A DNA stretch of 64,000 nucleotides from Fibrobacterota bacterium (GTDB lineage Bacteria; Fibrobacterota; Fibrobacteria; UBA11236). The translations under genes were made by a program, and so were the position numbers. Below the pieces are notes generated by a model that was not told where the DNA came from, did no database searches, and was given only the letters and a program-made list of their open reading frames with translations. Below, one piece after another: positions 16,574 to 26,960 of this stretch (position 1 is the stretch's first letter; every line of letters starts with the position of its first letter). Location of the stretch: NCBI GenBank assembly GCA_028287465.1, contig JAQBPO010000064.1, positions 72,249 to 136,248 of the forward strand, given 5' to 3'.

Positions 16574-18361
16574 TTATCGTAAACCCAGGCCCCGTATCTC
16601 GTTGCCGCGGAGGAAGCCGAACTTGGCCACCTTGAGCCGCTTTCCCCGCTCCACGTTGTCGCGCGGATCCTGCCCGTAGGAGAATTCCGCCCGCATGATA
16701 TAGACCCCGGTGGAAATGAGATTTCCGTCATGGGAGACGGGAAACCAGGCGAACCGAAGCAGAAACGCGCGGGTTTCCGGATCCCGCGCGAGCTTGCCCG
16801 ATAGCAGGTCCTCGCGGGTGACGGTGAGTTCGGTCCGGTTCACGAACTGGCCCAGGTTGTCGAAGACGGCCAGCTTCAGGGTCGCCGGATGGGAGAGCTT
16901 GAAGCCGAAAACGGCAACCCCGGGATTCCCTTCCGCCCCGGTATTGCCCCGGATCCAATCCCCCGCGGATTCGGGATGCAGGGGGACATAGGTCTTGGCC
17001 TCCCCTTGCGCATCCTTGCTCGTCAGGAGCACGAAGGGATCCTTGACCTGGGCGGGCTTCACGGGCGTGCCCGAGGTTACCCCCTTCTCCGCGACCAGTT
17101 CCCCGATGACGATATCCGGCAACCGCGTTTCCACCGGGCGCCATGGATTGGCGGGATCGGCGGGTTTGCCCTGGGCGTCTTTCACCTGGGAAACCCCGGC
17201 GATGGCCACCTTGTAGCCGTCCCCGGGGACATCGGGGGATCCGGGCGCGATGGTGAAGGTCCACTGCCGGGAGAACCCGTTGACGGCGGAATCGGCGCGG
17301 ACGGCGGACATATCCACCCTCACCTCATTGCCGGAGGGATCGAGGAACTTGAGCACGGAAGGCGCGTCCACCTTCACCGGTCCGGAGAATAGCACCACCA
17401 GCTGGACCCCCGGGATCTCGTTCAGGTTCGTATCCGCCACCACCTTCCAGGCCCGGGAAATCTCCGGCCCCACGACCGCCGGCGGATCAAGCGGCTTGTC
17501 GGTGTTCTTGAGTTCAAGCGAGGTCGTGATGGTCAGGCGGGAAGCCTCGACGCGGCGCTCGGCGAAAAAGAAATCGAGATAATAGGGCTTCCCGTCCGCC
17601 AGTCCCAGGGTGTCCAGATTGACCTCGGCGAATTCCGCCGCATGCAGGCCCCCCAGATCGATCACGAGTTTATCGTTTATGAATACCCACACGTCATCAT
17701 CCCCGCGGAAGGCGAATTGCTGGCCGGACCCCTGCTTGTACGTGAACCGGGAGTGGAACTCGAAGGTGAACCCGAAATTGTGCTTGCCGAGATCGACTCC
17801 CTCGGAAATACCGGTCTGCCGGTGGCCGAAGGTCGTCGTCACGGATGGGACCTGGGGCTTCAGGGAAGGGACCTTGTCGTCATCAAGGGGGAAGAATTCC
17901 TGGTTGTCGTACTTGTAGACGTTGCCGTCCTTGGTGAAGTTGACATCCAGGAAAAAGGCCCGGTTGATGTCCGGGGAACGGGTGGTGTACCACTCGTTGA
18001 ACCGGCTGCGGAAGCAATTGGGAGGGGTATCGTACCCGGGCTTGAGAGCGGGCCCGGCCTCGTCGCGGTCGTAGGGGATCAGTCCCGCGAGCCTGTCCGG
18101 ATTGGCGTCCGCTGAGGAAAGCGCGGTCTGCACGGCCCCCTTGGCCGCGGAAGGCCTGTCGAAACAGCCCCAGCCTTCCCAGCCGCCGGGATTCCATGTT
18201 TGATTGAAATCCGGATGCCCGCCGGTCGTCGTCTTGGGCAGCAATTCCTGGAAATCCCGGGCGATGCCCGTCAGATTCAATTGGGCCTGCGCCGCCAGCG
18301 CGGCCCCCAGCAGAAATACCCCGGCTTTTCCAATCCACGCAAACCATATGCTTCCCCGCAT
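16574..18361 (-). CDS. secreted fibro-slime domain protein with a C-terminal sorting-type domain
   Basis: Signal peptide. Fibro-slime core FRGDDDVWVFINDKLVIDLGGLHAAEF...YYLDFFFAERR. C-terminus LKLAVFDNLGQFVN...ISTGVYIMRAEF resembles T9SS CTDs. Confidence 0.6.
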   Translation of the reverse strand: MRGSIWFAWIGKAGVFLLGAALAAQAQLNLTGIARDFQELLPKTTTGGHPDFNQTWNPGGWEGWGCFDRPSAAKGAVQTALSSADANPDRLAGLIPYDRDEAGPALKPGYDTPPNCFRSRFNEWYTTRSPDINRAFFLDVNFTKDGNVYKYDNQEFFPLDDDKVPSLKPQVPSVTTTFGHRQTGISEGVDLGKHNFGFTFEFHSRFTYKQGSGQQFAFRGDDDVWVFINDKLVIDLGGLHAAEFAEVNLDTLGLADGKPYYLDFFFAERRVEASRLTITTSLELKNTDKPLDPPAVVGPEISRAWKVVADTNLNEIPGVQLVVLFSGPVKVDAPSVLKFLDPSGNEVRVDMSAVRADSAVNGFSRQWTFTIAPGSPDVPGDGYKVAIAGVSQVKDAQGKPADPANPWRPVETRLPDIVIGELVAEKGVTSGTPVKPAQVKDPFVLLTSKDAQGEAKTYVPLHPESAGDWIRGNTGAEGNPGVAVFGFKLSHPATLKLAVFDNLGQFVNRTELTVTREDLLSGKLARDPETRAFLLRFAWFPVSHDGNLISTGVYIMRAEFSYGQDPRDNVERGKRLKVAKFGFLRGNEIRGLGLR

Positions 18362-18510
18362 ACGCCCCCCTTATTGATAGTCCATTCCGAATCCGCGTCG
18401 AGCCGATCCGCGGGGACTTGCCTGCCCCCGCCATCGCGCTTACCGTCCACAATTGCTAATTTACGGGCCTGTCGATGCACATCTCTCGTTTACAACCAAA
18501 GGAGCGTCCC

Positions 18511-19662
<1,152 letters not shown>

Positions 19663-19667
19663 TCCTC

Positions 19668-19702
19668 GGGAGCCCCGGTACGGGGCTCCTCCACCTTTCT
19701 CC
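19668..19702 (+). terminator. candidate intrinsic terminator after the PPIase gene
   Basis: Perfect hairpin gggagccccg-gta-cggggctcc (9-10 bp stem) followed by a T-biased tccacctttctcc. Confidence 0.4.
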
Positions 19703-19714
19703 GGGACAATACGC

Positions 19715-21202
19715 GTGAACATCCGAACCGGCCTTTCCACCCTGCTAATCTTCCTTGCCGTTTCCGCCCATGCGGACAAGCTCAAGGATCACCTTTCCGT
19801 ATTCTTCGATATGGAGCCGCAGGATTCCGTGGTCGCCCTGGAACAGAAGTCCCCCACCCTGCTCTGGGTCACCGTGGCCGATCCCGCCTCCGGCAAGACC
19901 CGGGTTCTCAAAGAGGAAGTGGGCGCCAAGCCCATGGAAAAGCTCCTCATGGAGTCCAATGACCTTGGCCTCAAGACCCTGCACCTCTCCTCCACCGACG
20001 ATGCCGCCCCGGCGGCGGGCGCCGACAGGAACGGGTCCAGCCGCCCTTCCGAAAGCGCGGCCCCCAAGGTAACCGGAACGGTACCCTCCGAGGCCGGCGC
20101 CGGCCGCCCCCCGATCAACGGCAAGACGCCCCACAGCCTCAGCAGCCAGACCAAGAACCGCATGTACTACATGACCACCCAGACCATCGCGTCCACCTAC
20201 GTCTACGGCATCGCCCTGCCTTCCGCCTACGATAACGTTTCCACCAAGGCCCGCATCGCCACGCCCATGATCGTCGCGCCCTTCGCTTTCGGCGCGAACT
20301 TCTACTTCGCCAAGAACCGGCCCTTCGAGGACTCTCACCTGAAAGGCACGAGCTACCTCAGCATGGCCGCCCTGTACGCCTCCCACGCCCTCCCCTTCAC
20401 CATCCTCGACTGGGACAACAACCCCTACCGCGTCGCCAGCTTCCTCTCCATGGCCGCGTATCCCGCGGGCATCTATGCGGGATACAAGCTGGGGGACAAA
20501 TACGTGGACCTGCCGGGCCGCATCGACATCCAGAGCAAGTTCGCCCTCGGCTTCGGCCTGCTCGGCTTCTTCACCCCCTTCCTGTATTTCCAGCATATCG
20601 AAGATCATGACGAGGCCGTCATCAAACTCGGCCTGGGGCAATCCCTGGTGCTGGCGACCGGCGGCCATTTCCTAGCGGATCATTACCGCACCGGCGAGAA
20701 CATCCCGGACGGCGTGAATACGGGCATCATGGACCATACGGCCCTGGGAGCCCTGGCCGGATTGGAGATCGCGGCCTTGAGCGACGCTTCCACGGTACGT
20801 CCCTGGCTGGGCACCGCCTTGCTGGGCGGAACGGTCGGCTTCATGGAAGGCTTGTGGTATTACCAGAAGAGCTACGACAGCAAGGAGCGGGGCCTTTACA
20901 ATTCCCTCGGCGCCCTGGCCGGGACCCTGATGGGAGGCGGCATCGCCTTCCTGGCCATCGACGACAAGGACTCGGACTACAAGATAAAGGCCATGCTGAC
21001 CTCCCTATTGGTGGGGGGGACCTGGTTCGGCTACTGCGCCACCAACCTGCTTACCGACGGCATGGAGGATCGCACCGCGTCCCGCAAAGAGACCTGGATC
21101 GATCATTTGGCCTTCAATCCCATCCCCATGCCCGAACCCACCACCCGGGATCGGGAGGTGTACATGCGTTACCGCGTCCAAGGCGTTACCTACCGATTCT
21201 GA
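19715..21202 (+). CDS. hypothetical polytopic membrane protein (signal peptide, Ser/Ala/Pro-rich linker, Gly-rich multi-TM C-terminal domain)
   Basis: N-terminus MNIRTGLSTLLIFLAVSAHA. The C-terminal half has many hydrophobic Gly-rich helices. I recognise no known motif. Confidence 0.45.
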   Translation: MNIRTGLSTLLIFLAVSAHADKLKDHLSVFFDMEPQDSVVALEQKSPTLLWVTVADPASGKTRVLKEEVGAKPMEKLLMESNDLGLKTLHLSSTDDAAPAAGADRNGSSRPSESAAPKVTGTVPSEAGAGRPPINGKTPHSLSSQTKNRMYYMTTQTIASTYVYGIALPSAYDNVSTKARIATPMIVAPFAFGANFYFAKNRPFEDSHLKGTSYLSMAALYASHALPFTILDWDNNPYRVASFLSMAAYPAGIYAGYKLGDKYVDLPGRIDIQSKFALGFGLLGFFTPFLYFQHIEDHDEAVIKLGLGQSLVLATGGHFLADHYRTGENIPDGVNTGIMDHTALGALAGLEIAALSDASTVRPWLGTALLGGTVGFMEGLWYYQKSYDSKERGLYNSLGALAGTLMGGGIAFLAIDDKDSDYKIKAMLTSLLVGGTWFGYCATNLLTDGMEDRTASRKETWIDHLAFNPIPMPEPTTRDREVYMRYRVQGVTYRF

Positions 21203-21204
21203 AC

Positions 21205-21254
21205 GGATTGGGGCGCCCGCCCCTCTTCGGGATTGGGGCGGCCCGCCCCGCTTC
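21205..21254 (+). repeat. imperfect 24-26-nt direct repeat x2, each with a GC hairpin, 3 nt after the stop codon
   Basis: ggattggggcgcccgcccctcttc / gggattggggcggcccgccccgcttc. The ggggcg..cgcccc cores are self-complementary. Confidence 0.6.
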
Positions 21255-21395
21255 GTGAAGCCAAGCACTTGCCGATTGTGACGTTGTTCCCGAAGGTTCC
21301 GAAACCCGCCGACAAACCATGCGTGGCGCCCGGGAAAACATTCTATTATATGGAATTAGCTAGGTAGTGGTGGGGGAAGCTTAGCGCGGAAATTC

Positions 21396-22757
21396 GTGGT
21401 TTGGGATCTCAAGAATAGGGATGATGAACGTATGAAGCTGGTTGAGGTGATCCAGCCCACCCCGGACGTCATCCGACTGTTCCTTGAGCCGCGGTTACAG
21501 GCCGGCAATTTCGTACTCTCCCTGCTGCATTCCCTCGGCCAGGAAAAGGCCAACAACTTCACCAACGTCAACTCCTATCTCGAATCCTCCCTCGGGGACT
21601 CGTTCCAGACCCTCGAGGAAATGGGCGACTTCCAGTTGCAACTGGAACAGACCAAGCCCAAGGGGCCCGTGCCTCCGGGATTCGACAAGCGCCTGGAGGC
21701 CGATTACGCCGACCTCAAGAGCAAGGCGCAAAGCAGCCTGGTGGAATTGCACCGCGCCAAGATCAGGCTGAACGATCTCAAGATCGCCCTGTGCAGGTTC
21801 ATCATCCTCTACGAGTCCCCGAGCAAGACCATCCAGAGGCAATACCATTCGGTCGAGGAATGGATGGACGCGGCCGCCTTGGCGGAGATGCGCCTGACGC
21901 GCGCCATGTCCCCGACGGTCGATCGCAACCTGCAGAAGCTGCTGGCGCTTTTCATGACCTTCCGCTCCATCGTCTGCTCCTACGACGGCCCGTCCGTCTA
22001 CATCCGCCAGATCGAGAACTCCCTCGCTTCCCTGGACGCCATCTACGAGAAGATCCGCCTGGAAATGGAAGTGCTCAAGGCGACGCGCAACCTGGTGGAA
22101 ACCCGCCGGGAGCTTTCCACCGCCAAGATCAACCTGTCCAGCCTGCAGCACCAGTTGCAGGAAAAAGCGGCGAAGGACGAGCAGCTGGTCAAGCTGATGG
22201 CCCTGCAGGAGAAGTCCTCCTTCCCGCAGATCTTCATCATCGGCGTCTGCCTGGTGGCGCTTTCCGGCATGATCGGCTATTTCCTCATGAACAACGCCCA
22301 GGGCGGCAAGCGCGGCGGCGGGGAAGTGCTGTCGCAAGGCTCCTGCCGCGAGATCGAGCGCCAACTGGAGCGCTCGCCGCGGTACAAGACCCAGGTGCTG
22401 ATCTTCCGCAAGTTCGGCCGCGAGGTATTCTTCAGGGCCAACTCCATGACCTGCGAAAAGCTCTACCGCCTGGACTCCCTGCAGATCCAGTCCCTGGGCG
22501 ACGTGCTCAAGGCGGATTACGAGGCCGGCAACCAGGCCGAGGCATCCTACAACGGCAACCGCGTGCTGCAGGTGAAGGACGTGGGCATCAACAAGCTGGT
22601 GATCAAGCTATCCAACCGCACCTCGGACAATATGCCTTACAAGGTGAAGGTGCTTGAACGCGCGACCCAGATGCGCGCCATCCTCGAGCCTGACAAGAAC
22701 GGGTTGGAGGAGGATCTTCTGATCGTGGACTTGTCGCTCAAGCGCGCGACGGAGTAG
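21396..22757 (+). CDS. hypothetical coiled-coil protein with one central TM helix
   Basis: The N-terminal 270 aa are heptad-like and rich in Q/L/E/K. The TM is IFIIGVCLVALSGMIGYFLM. It has a C-terminal domain of about 150 aa. The start may instead be the internal MKLVEV at 21432. Confidence 0.45.
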   Translation: MVWDLKNRDDERMKLVEVIQPTPDVIRLFLEPRLQAGNFVLSLLHSLGQEKANNFTNVNSYLESSLGDSFQTLEEMGDFQLQLEQTKPKGPVPPGFDKRLEADYADLKSKAQSSLVELHRAKIRLNDLKIALCRFIILYESPSKTIQRQYHSVEEWMDAAALAEMRLTRAMSPTVDRNLQKLLALFMTFRSIVCSYDGPSVYIRQIENSLASLDAIYEKIRLEMEVLKATRNLVETRRELSTAKINLSSLQHQLQEKAAKDEQLVKLMALQEKSSFPQIFIIGVCLVALSGMIGYFLMNNAQGGKRGGGEVLSQGSCREIERQLERSPRYKTQVLIFRKFGREVFFRANSMTCEKLYRLDSLQIQSLGDVLKADYEAGNQAEASYNGNRVLQVKDVGINKLVIKLSNRTSDNMPYKVKVLERATQMRAILEPDKNGLEEDLLIVDLSLKRATE

Positions 22758-22809
22758 GAAGCGGATCGCGACGGGCTCCCGGCCCGCGAAGCACCGGCCC
22801 GTAGAAGCC

Positions 22810-23208
22810 TCAGGCCTTCTCTTGCGGCGTCCCCAGCACGTGCTCGATGGTTTCCCTGAGGGTTTTCAATTCGTAGGGCTTGCCGATGACGGCGGTGAAG
22901 CCGGCCGAGGTTTTCGAGGCGTCCTGATCCTGCTCGGAAAATCCGCTGGATAGGATGCCTTTCGCCTCGGGATCGATCAAGCGCAATTGCTCCATGGTCT
23001 TGAAACCATCCATGCCGTCCGGGACCAGCCAGTCGAGGATGGCCGCGTCGAAAGGATGGCCGGAATCCTTATGGGCCTTGAAGATTTCCAGGGCCTGCTC
23101 CCCGTTGCGGGCCAGGACCGCTTCGTATCCAAGGAATTCCAGCATTTTGCCGGCCACGGTCCGGACCAGATCCTCGTCGTCCATGACCAGTATTTTTCCC
23201 TTAGGCAA
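22810..23208 (-). CDS. single-domain response regulator (CheY-like receiver)
   Basis: ILVMDDEDLVR, phospho-Asp context AAILDWLVPDGMDG and K in VIGKPYEL. Confidence 0.75.
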   Translation of the reverse strand: MPKGKILVMDDEDLVRTVAGKMLEFLGYEAVLARNGEQALEIFKAHKDSGHPFDAAILDWLVPDGMDGFKTMEQLRLIDPEAKGILSSGFSEQDQDASKTSAGFTAVIGKPYELKTLRETIEHVLGTPQEKA

Positions 23209-23369
23209 AATCGAGGCTCCTTGCTTGTATTTATCTCAATATAAGTTTCTCGCGTCGGGAATCCCTAAATTGATTCCAAAACCCGGGCTGTTGTCTGGTA
23301 AATCGGCCATTTCCAAACTTTCCCCTTGTCAATTCCCCGCCTGCCGCCTATTCTTGCGTCAGGCCCGCC

Positions 23370-24218
23370 ATGGAATCCATCTTCTCGTATACCGACTATC
23401 GGCGCTACCTTGCCGACTTTTTTGAGGAACGTAAGCGCCTCAATAAGCATTTCTCCCTGCGCATGCTCGCCGAGCGTTCGGGATTCAAGGCCCGCGATTA
23501 CCTGATGAGGGTCATGCGGGGCGACCGCAACCTATCCCTGGAAGGGGCCGGTAAGTTGTCCCTATTCTTCCGTTTTTCGGAAAAACAGACCGAGTATTTC
23601 CGCACTTTGGTGCAGTTCAACCAGGCTCCGACGACCTCGGAAAAAGAGCGATGCTTCCTGCGCCTTTCCGAAATCCAGAAGTACGGCGCCCATCAGAAAT
23701 TGCGCCAGAATCAATTCGAATACCTCACCGCCTGGTATCACAGCGCCTTGCGCTCCCTGCTTCCCGTCATCGACCTGAAATCCCTGCCTGAAGGCAAGGA
23801 TGGTTGGGAAAAGGTGGCCAGGCTGCTGGATCCTCCCATCACGCCCAAGCAGGCGAGGGATTCCGTGGAGCTGCTGATGCGGCTCGGCTTGTTGTCCCGG
23901 GACGCCAAGGGCAAGTATGCCGTGGCCGAATCGGCCCTCACCACCGGGGATGAAGTGGCCTCCCTGGGCGTGGCCGCCTTCCACCGCGCGACCATGGAAT
24001 TGGCCAAGCGCTCCATCGACCGGCACCCGCCCACGGCCCGCGACATCAGCGGGCTCACCATGAGCGTTTCCCAGGACGGCTTCCGCCGCATCAAATCGGA
24101 GATCCGCGCCTTCCGCAAGAAAATCCAGGCCATCGCCACGACGGACGTCGGCGAGGACATGGTCTACCAACTCAACCTGCATCTCATCCCGATGACCCGG
24201 AACCAGGGAGCCCCATGA
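23370..24218 (+). CDS. DUF4423 / TIGR02147-like protein (Fibrobacter succinogenes paralogous family), N-terminal HTH-like region
   Basis: The N-terminal pattern YTDYRRYLADFFEERKRLNKHFSLRMLAERSGFKARDYLMRVMRGDRNLSLEG is as I recall for the TIGR02147 family. Its stop overlaps the next gene start (ATGATGA). Confidence 0.45.
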   Translation: MESIFSYTDYRRYLADFFEERKRLNKHFSLRMLAERSGFKARDYLMRVMRGDRNLSLEGAGKLSLFFRFSEKQTEYFRTLVQFNQAPTTSEKERCFLRLSEIQKYGAHQKLRQNQFEYLTAWYHSALRSLLPVIDLKSLPEGKDGWEKVARLLDPPITPKQARDSVELLMRLGLLSRDAKGKYAVAESALTTGDEVASLGVAAFHRATMELAKRSIDRHPPTARDISGLTMSVSQDGFRRIKSEIRAFRKKIQAIATTDVGEDMVYQLNLHLIPMTRNQGAP

Positions 24219-26161
24219 TGAATGCGTCCTTTTCCGGATCGGGCATCCTGCGGGCTCTCCTTTGCGTCCTCTTCGCGGCGGCCTCCTTCCATGGGCTTTC
24301 CGGCTGCATGCACGATGACGGACCGTCGACGGAAACCGGCAACCCCAATATCTCCGGCACGTTGCGGGACGCCTCCGGGGAACCGGCCGCGGGGACGGTT
24401 AAGCTGTTCCGCCTTCCGGCGCCTGCCCCGGCCGGGTCCATCGATTCCACCGCGCTCATAGCGCCCGTGCTGTTGAAGATCCTTTCCATCAAGGCGGACG
24501 GCCGCTACCGGTTCGACTCCCTGCCCCCCGGCGGCTTCGCCCTCGAAGGCATTGATGCCGCAGGAACCCGGTTCGCCCTGGCACGGGACCTGGCCCTGGC
24601 CGGACCCAAGGAGCGGGTGCGGCGCGATCTGGCCGTCAAGAGTCCCGGAAGGGTGCGCGGAAGGGTGACCCGCGGCAACGATGCGCGGCCGCCGGGGATC
24701 GCCGGGGACGAAGGCATCCTGGTGCGCCTGTCCGGGGCCGACCGCTCCGCCACCACGGACGCATCGGGCGGCTATACCCTGGATAACGTGCCCGAAGGCG
24801 CCTACCGGGTGGCCTTCGCCGCCGCGGACGGCCATTACCTCCCGCGTTTTTTCGATTCGGCCTTCGTCGTATCCGGGGAGGATCTGGAATTGCATCAGGT
24901 GAACCTGGAATGGAGCCCCTTCATCGCTCCCCCTCCCCCGCTCGGCGTCAAGGCCGCGGCCGATTCCGCGGCCGCTTCCGCGGCCGGCACGGTGCGCGTG
25001 GAATGGCGCGCGGTGCGCATCGCCGGGGACGGGCTGGATCATTACGTTGTGGTGCGCGCGGACTCCGGGAACGCGGGCGATACCCGGGAATTCCTCACCC
25101 AGGATACCGCGTTCATCGACACGATCAAGGCGCTCCCTCCGGGACGGAGCTTGCGCTATACCGTTCGGGCGGTGAACTCCCTCGGGCAGGCCGGTCCTGC
25201 CGCCGGGACGAACGGCCCGATCGTGGTTCCCGTCCCGAAGGACACGATCGTGACGGGAGCGGGGTCCTTGCAGGCGCTGGTCCTGCTGGCGGGTTCGCCC
25301 GCGCCGGGCGCGAGGGTCCTGCTGTACGGCGCGCCGGGTTCGCCCGGTCTCCCGGGAACCCCGCCCAAGGCGGTCAAGCTCCTGGATAGCGCCGTGGGCG
25401 ACGCCCAGGGGCTCGTCCTGCTCCGGGAACTGCCCGCCGGGAGATATACCCTGTACGCCAGGACCGCGGCCGGATTGGGGGCGATATCGGCTGGGGTAAC
25501 GCCCATGCTTCCCGCCGGTCCGCTTCGGACCGACACCCTGGCGCTGGCGCTGCCCGGAAGCGTGGAAGGGTACGCGACCCGCAGCGGGTTCTGGGTCTCC
25601 ACCCCGCTCAAGGGAGACGAGAACATCCGGGCGAGCCTGGCGGATGCGCCCTTCGCGACCCTGACCGATTACGGCAGCCCGCCGCAAGGCGCCCGCTTCC
25701 GGCTGACCGATGTCCCTCCGGGCGCGTACCGCCTGGTGGTCTCCGCCCCGCCGGATTCCTACTTCGTGGCGGACACCCTGGAGATCGCGGTCCGGGCGGG
25801 GGCGGTCACGACCCTGGCCGCTCCGGTCGAATGCGCGTACAATCCCGATGCCCCGCCTCCCAAGGCCTCCAACCTGCGCATCACGGCGTCCGCCCGCAAT
25901 AAGGTCTCCCTGGCCTGGGATTTCGCCGCCAGATACCCCGCCCTCAAGGGCTTCCGGGTGCTGCGCCTGGACAGTAACCTGCGTGCTACTGACTCTTCGG
26001 CCGTGTCAGGGGCGGCGTCCTACGAGGACGATATTTCCGGGATCCCGGCGGGGACCTTGATCCGGTATGTGGTGAGGGTGGCGGCCCTTTCGGGCCGGGA
26101 AGGCGCGCAGACCGGGGACGCGGGCGGAAACGCGGTCCCTTTCACGGTACCCGGGCCCTAG
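24215..26161 (+). CDS. large lipoprotein with carboxypeptidase-regulatory-like (CarboxypepD_reg) and fibronectin-III-like beta-sandwich domains
   Basis: Lipobox FHGLSGC. CarboxypepD_reg-like segments ISGTLRDASGEPAAGTVKLF and TDASGGYTLDNVPEGAYRV. FN3-like segments ...VEWRAV...LRYTVRAVNSLGQAG and KVSLAWD...IRYVVRVAALSG. Confidence 0.5.
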   Translation: MMNASFSGSGILRALLCVLFAAASFHGLSGCMHDDGPSTETGNPNISGTLRDASGEPAAGTVKLFRLPAPAPAGSIDSTALIAPVLLKILSIKADGRYRFDSLPPGGFALEGIDAAGTRFALARDLALAGPKERVRRDLAVKSPGRVRGRVTRGNDARPPGIAGDEGILVRLSGADRSATTDASGGYTLDNVPEGAYRVAFAAADGHYLPRFFDSAFVVSGEDLELHQVNLEWSPFIAPPPPLGVKAAADSAAASAAGTVRVEWRAVRIAGDGLDHYVVVRADSGNAGDTREFLTQDTAFIDTIKALPPGRSLRYTVRAVNSLGQAGPAAGTNGPIVVPVPKDTIVTGAGSLQALVLLAGSPAPGARVLLYGAPGSPGLPGTPPKAVKLLDSAVGDAQGLVLLRELPAGRYTLYARTAAGLGAISAGVTPMLPAGPLRTDTLALALPGSVEGYATRSGFWVSTPLKGDENIRASLADAPFATLTDYGSPPQGARFRLTDVPPGAYRLVVSAPPDSYFVADTLEIAVRAGAVTTLAAPVECAYNPDAPPPKASNLRITASARNKVSLAWDFAARYPALKGFRVLRLDSNLRATDSSAVSGAASYEDDISGIPAGTLIRYVVRVAALSGREGAQTGDAGGNAVPFTVPGP

Positions 26162-26170
26162 AATCCCCTC

Positions 26171-26743
26171 TCAGGGACGCGGCATCACCGCCGCCTGGGC
26201 GAAGGCGGAGGCCAAAATCAGGATCAAGACGAATCCGGGCACGCGCACGAAGGCCCAGGCCCATTTGCTCCAATTGGCGGCGGCATAGATGGTGAACAGG
26301 GAATGCAGGACCAGCCACCAGGGCAGCTGGAAGCTGAGGACGCGGAAGGTCTCGGAGACCGTCTCCTTGTCCAGTTGAGGGTTCATGGCCACCAGCTTGT
26401 CCAGGCCGATGTACTTGTTGGCCACGTCCAGCAGCATGGCGCGGTGGAAGACGTAGAATGCGATCAGCATGGCCGCGGCCAGGACCACGTTGATTACCGC
26501 CCCATGGATCTTGAAGAAGAAGTCGTCCTGGGTGCGCAGGGATGCGGTCACGAAGACGGCCAGGACCAGGAATCCGACCACGCTCATGTAATCGAGCGCG
26601 CCGAAGGCCGCTACCGTATAGCCCACCTCCACCGCGCCCAGGATGAGGGCGCCCCAAAGGGCCTTGCGTTTACCGCCGAAGCTGTCCATCACCAGGTAGG
26701 CGATGACGGGGAGGAATCCGAACCAGACGAGGGATGAGTTCAT
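26171..26743 (-). CDS. YciB/IspZ-like inner-membrane protein (intracellular septation protein A family), 5 TM
   Basis: 190 aa with hydrophobic topology and size matching YciB. The N-terminus is FLPVIAYLVMDSFGG. Confidence 0.4.
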   Translation of the reverse strand: MNSSLVWFGFLPVIAYLVMDSFGGKRKALWGALILGAVEVGYTVAAFGALDYMSVVGFLVLAVFVTASLRTQDDFFFKIHGAVINVVLAAAMLIAFYVFHRAMLLDVANKYIGLDKLVAMNPQLDKETVSETFRVLSFQLPWWLVLHSLFTIYAAANWSKWAWAFVRVPGFVLILILASAFAQAAVMPRP

Positions 26744-26840
26744 AAGCGTTTCATTCCGGGGAAGGGCACCAATATAGCAGTTAACCTACCATATCGGTAA
26801 CCGTCCCGACAGGTAACCATGCCCCAATAACCCAACACGG

Positions 26841-26899
26841 CCCTGACCGGCCGGTCCCGAGGCCGGCCGGTCAGGGGGGAAAAGTTGTTATTTTAAACC
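26841..26899 (+). promoter_or_regulatory. perfect 14-bp inverted repeat (8-nt spacer) plus an AT-rich TGTTAT-containing patch upstream of folE2; possible operator
   Basis: ccctgaccggccgg-tcccgagg-ccggccggtcaggg at 26841-26876. aaaagttgttattttaaacc at 26880-26899, about 60 nt upstream of the folE2 start. Confidence 0.35.
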
Positions 26900-26960
26900 A
26901 CTGACGCCAATCCCCACCAGGCCCATAGAACGGGCCCTGCGGGCCTCCCGGAGATCCAAC

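Noticed and set aside
22758-22809. Bidirectional terminator between convergent genes
   Set aside because: Only a short cgggc/gcccg stem with no U-tract. This is too weak to call.
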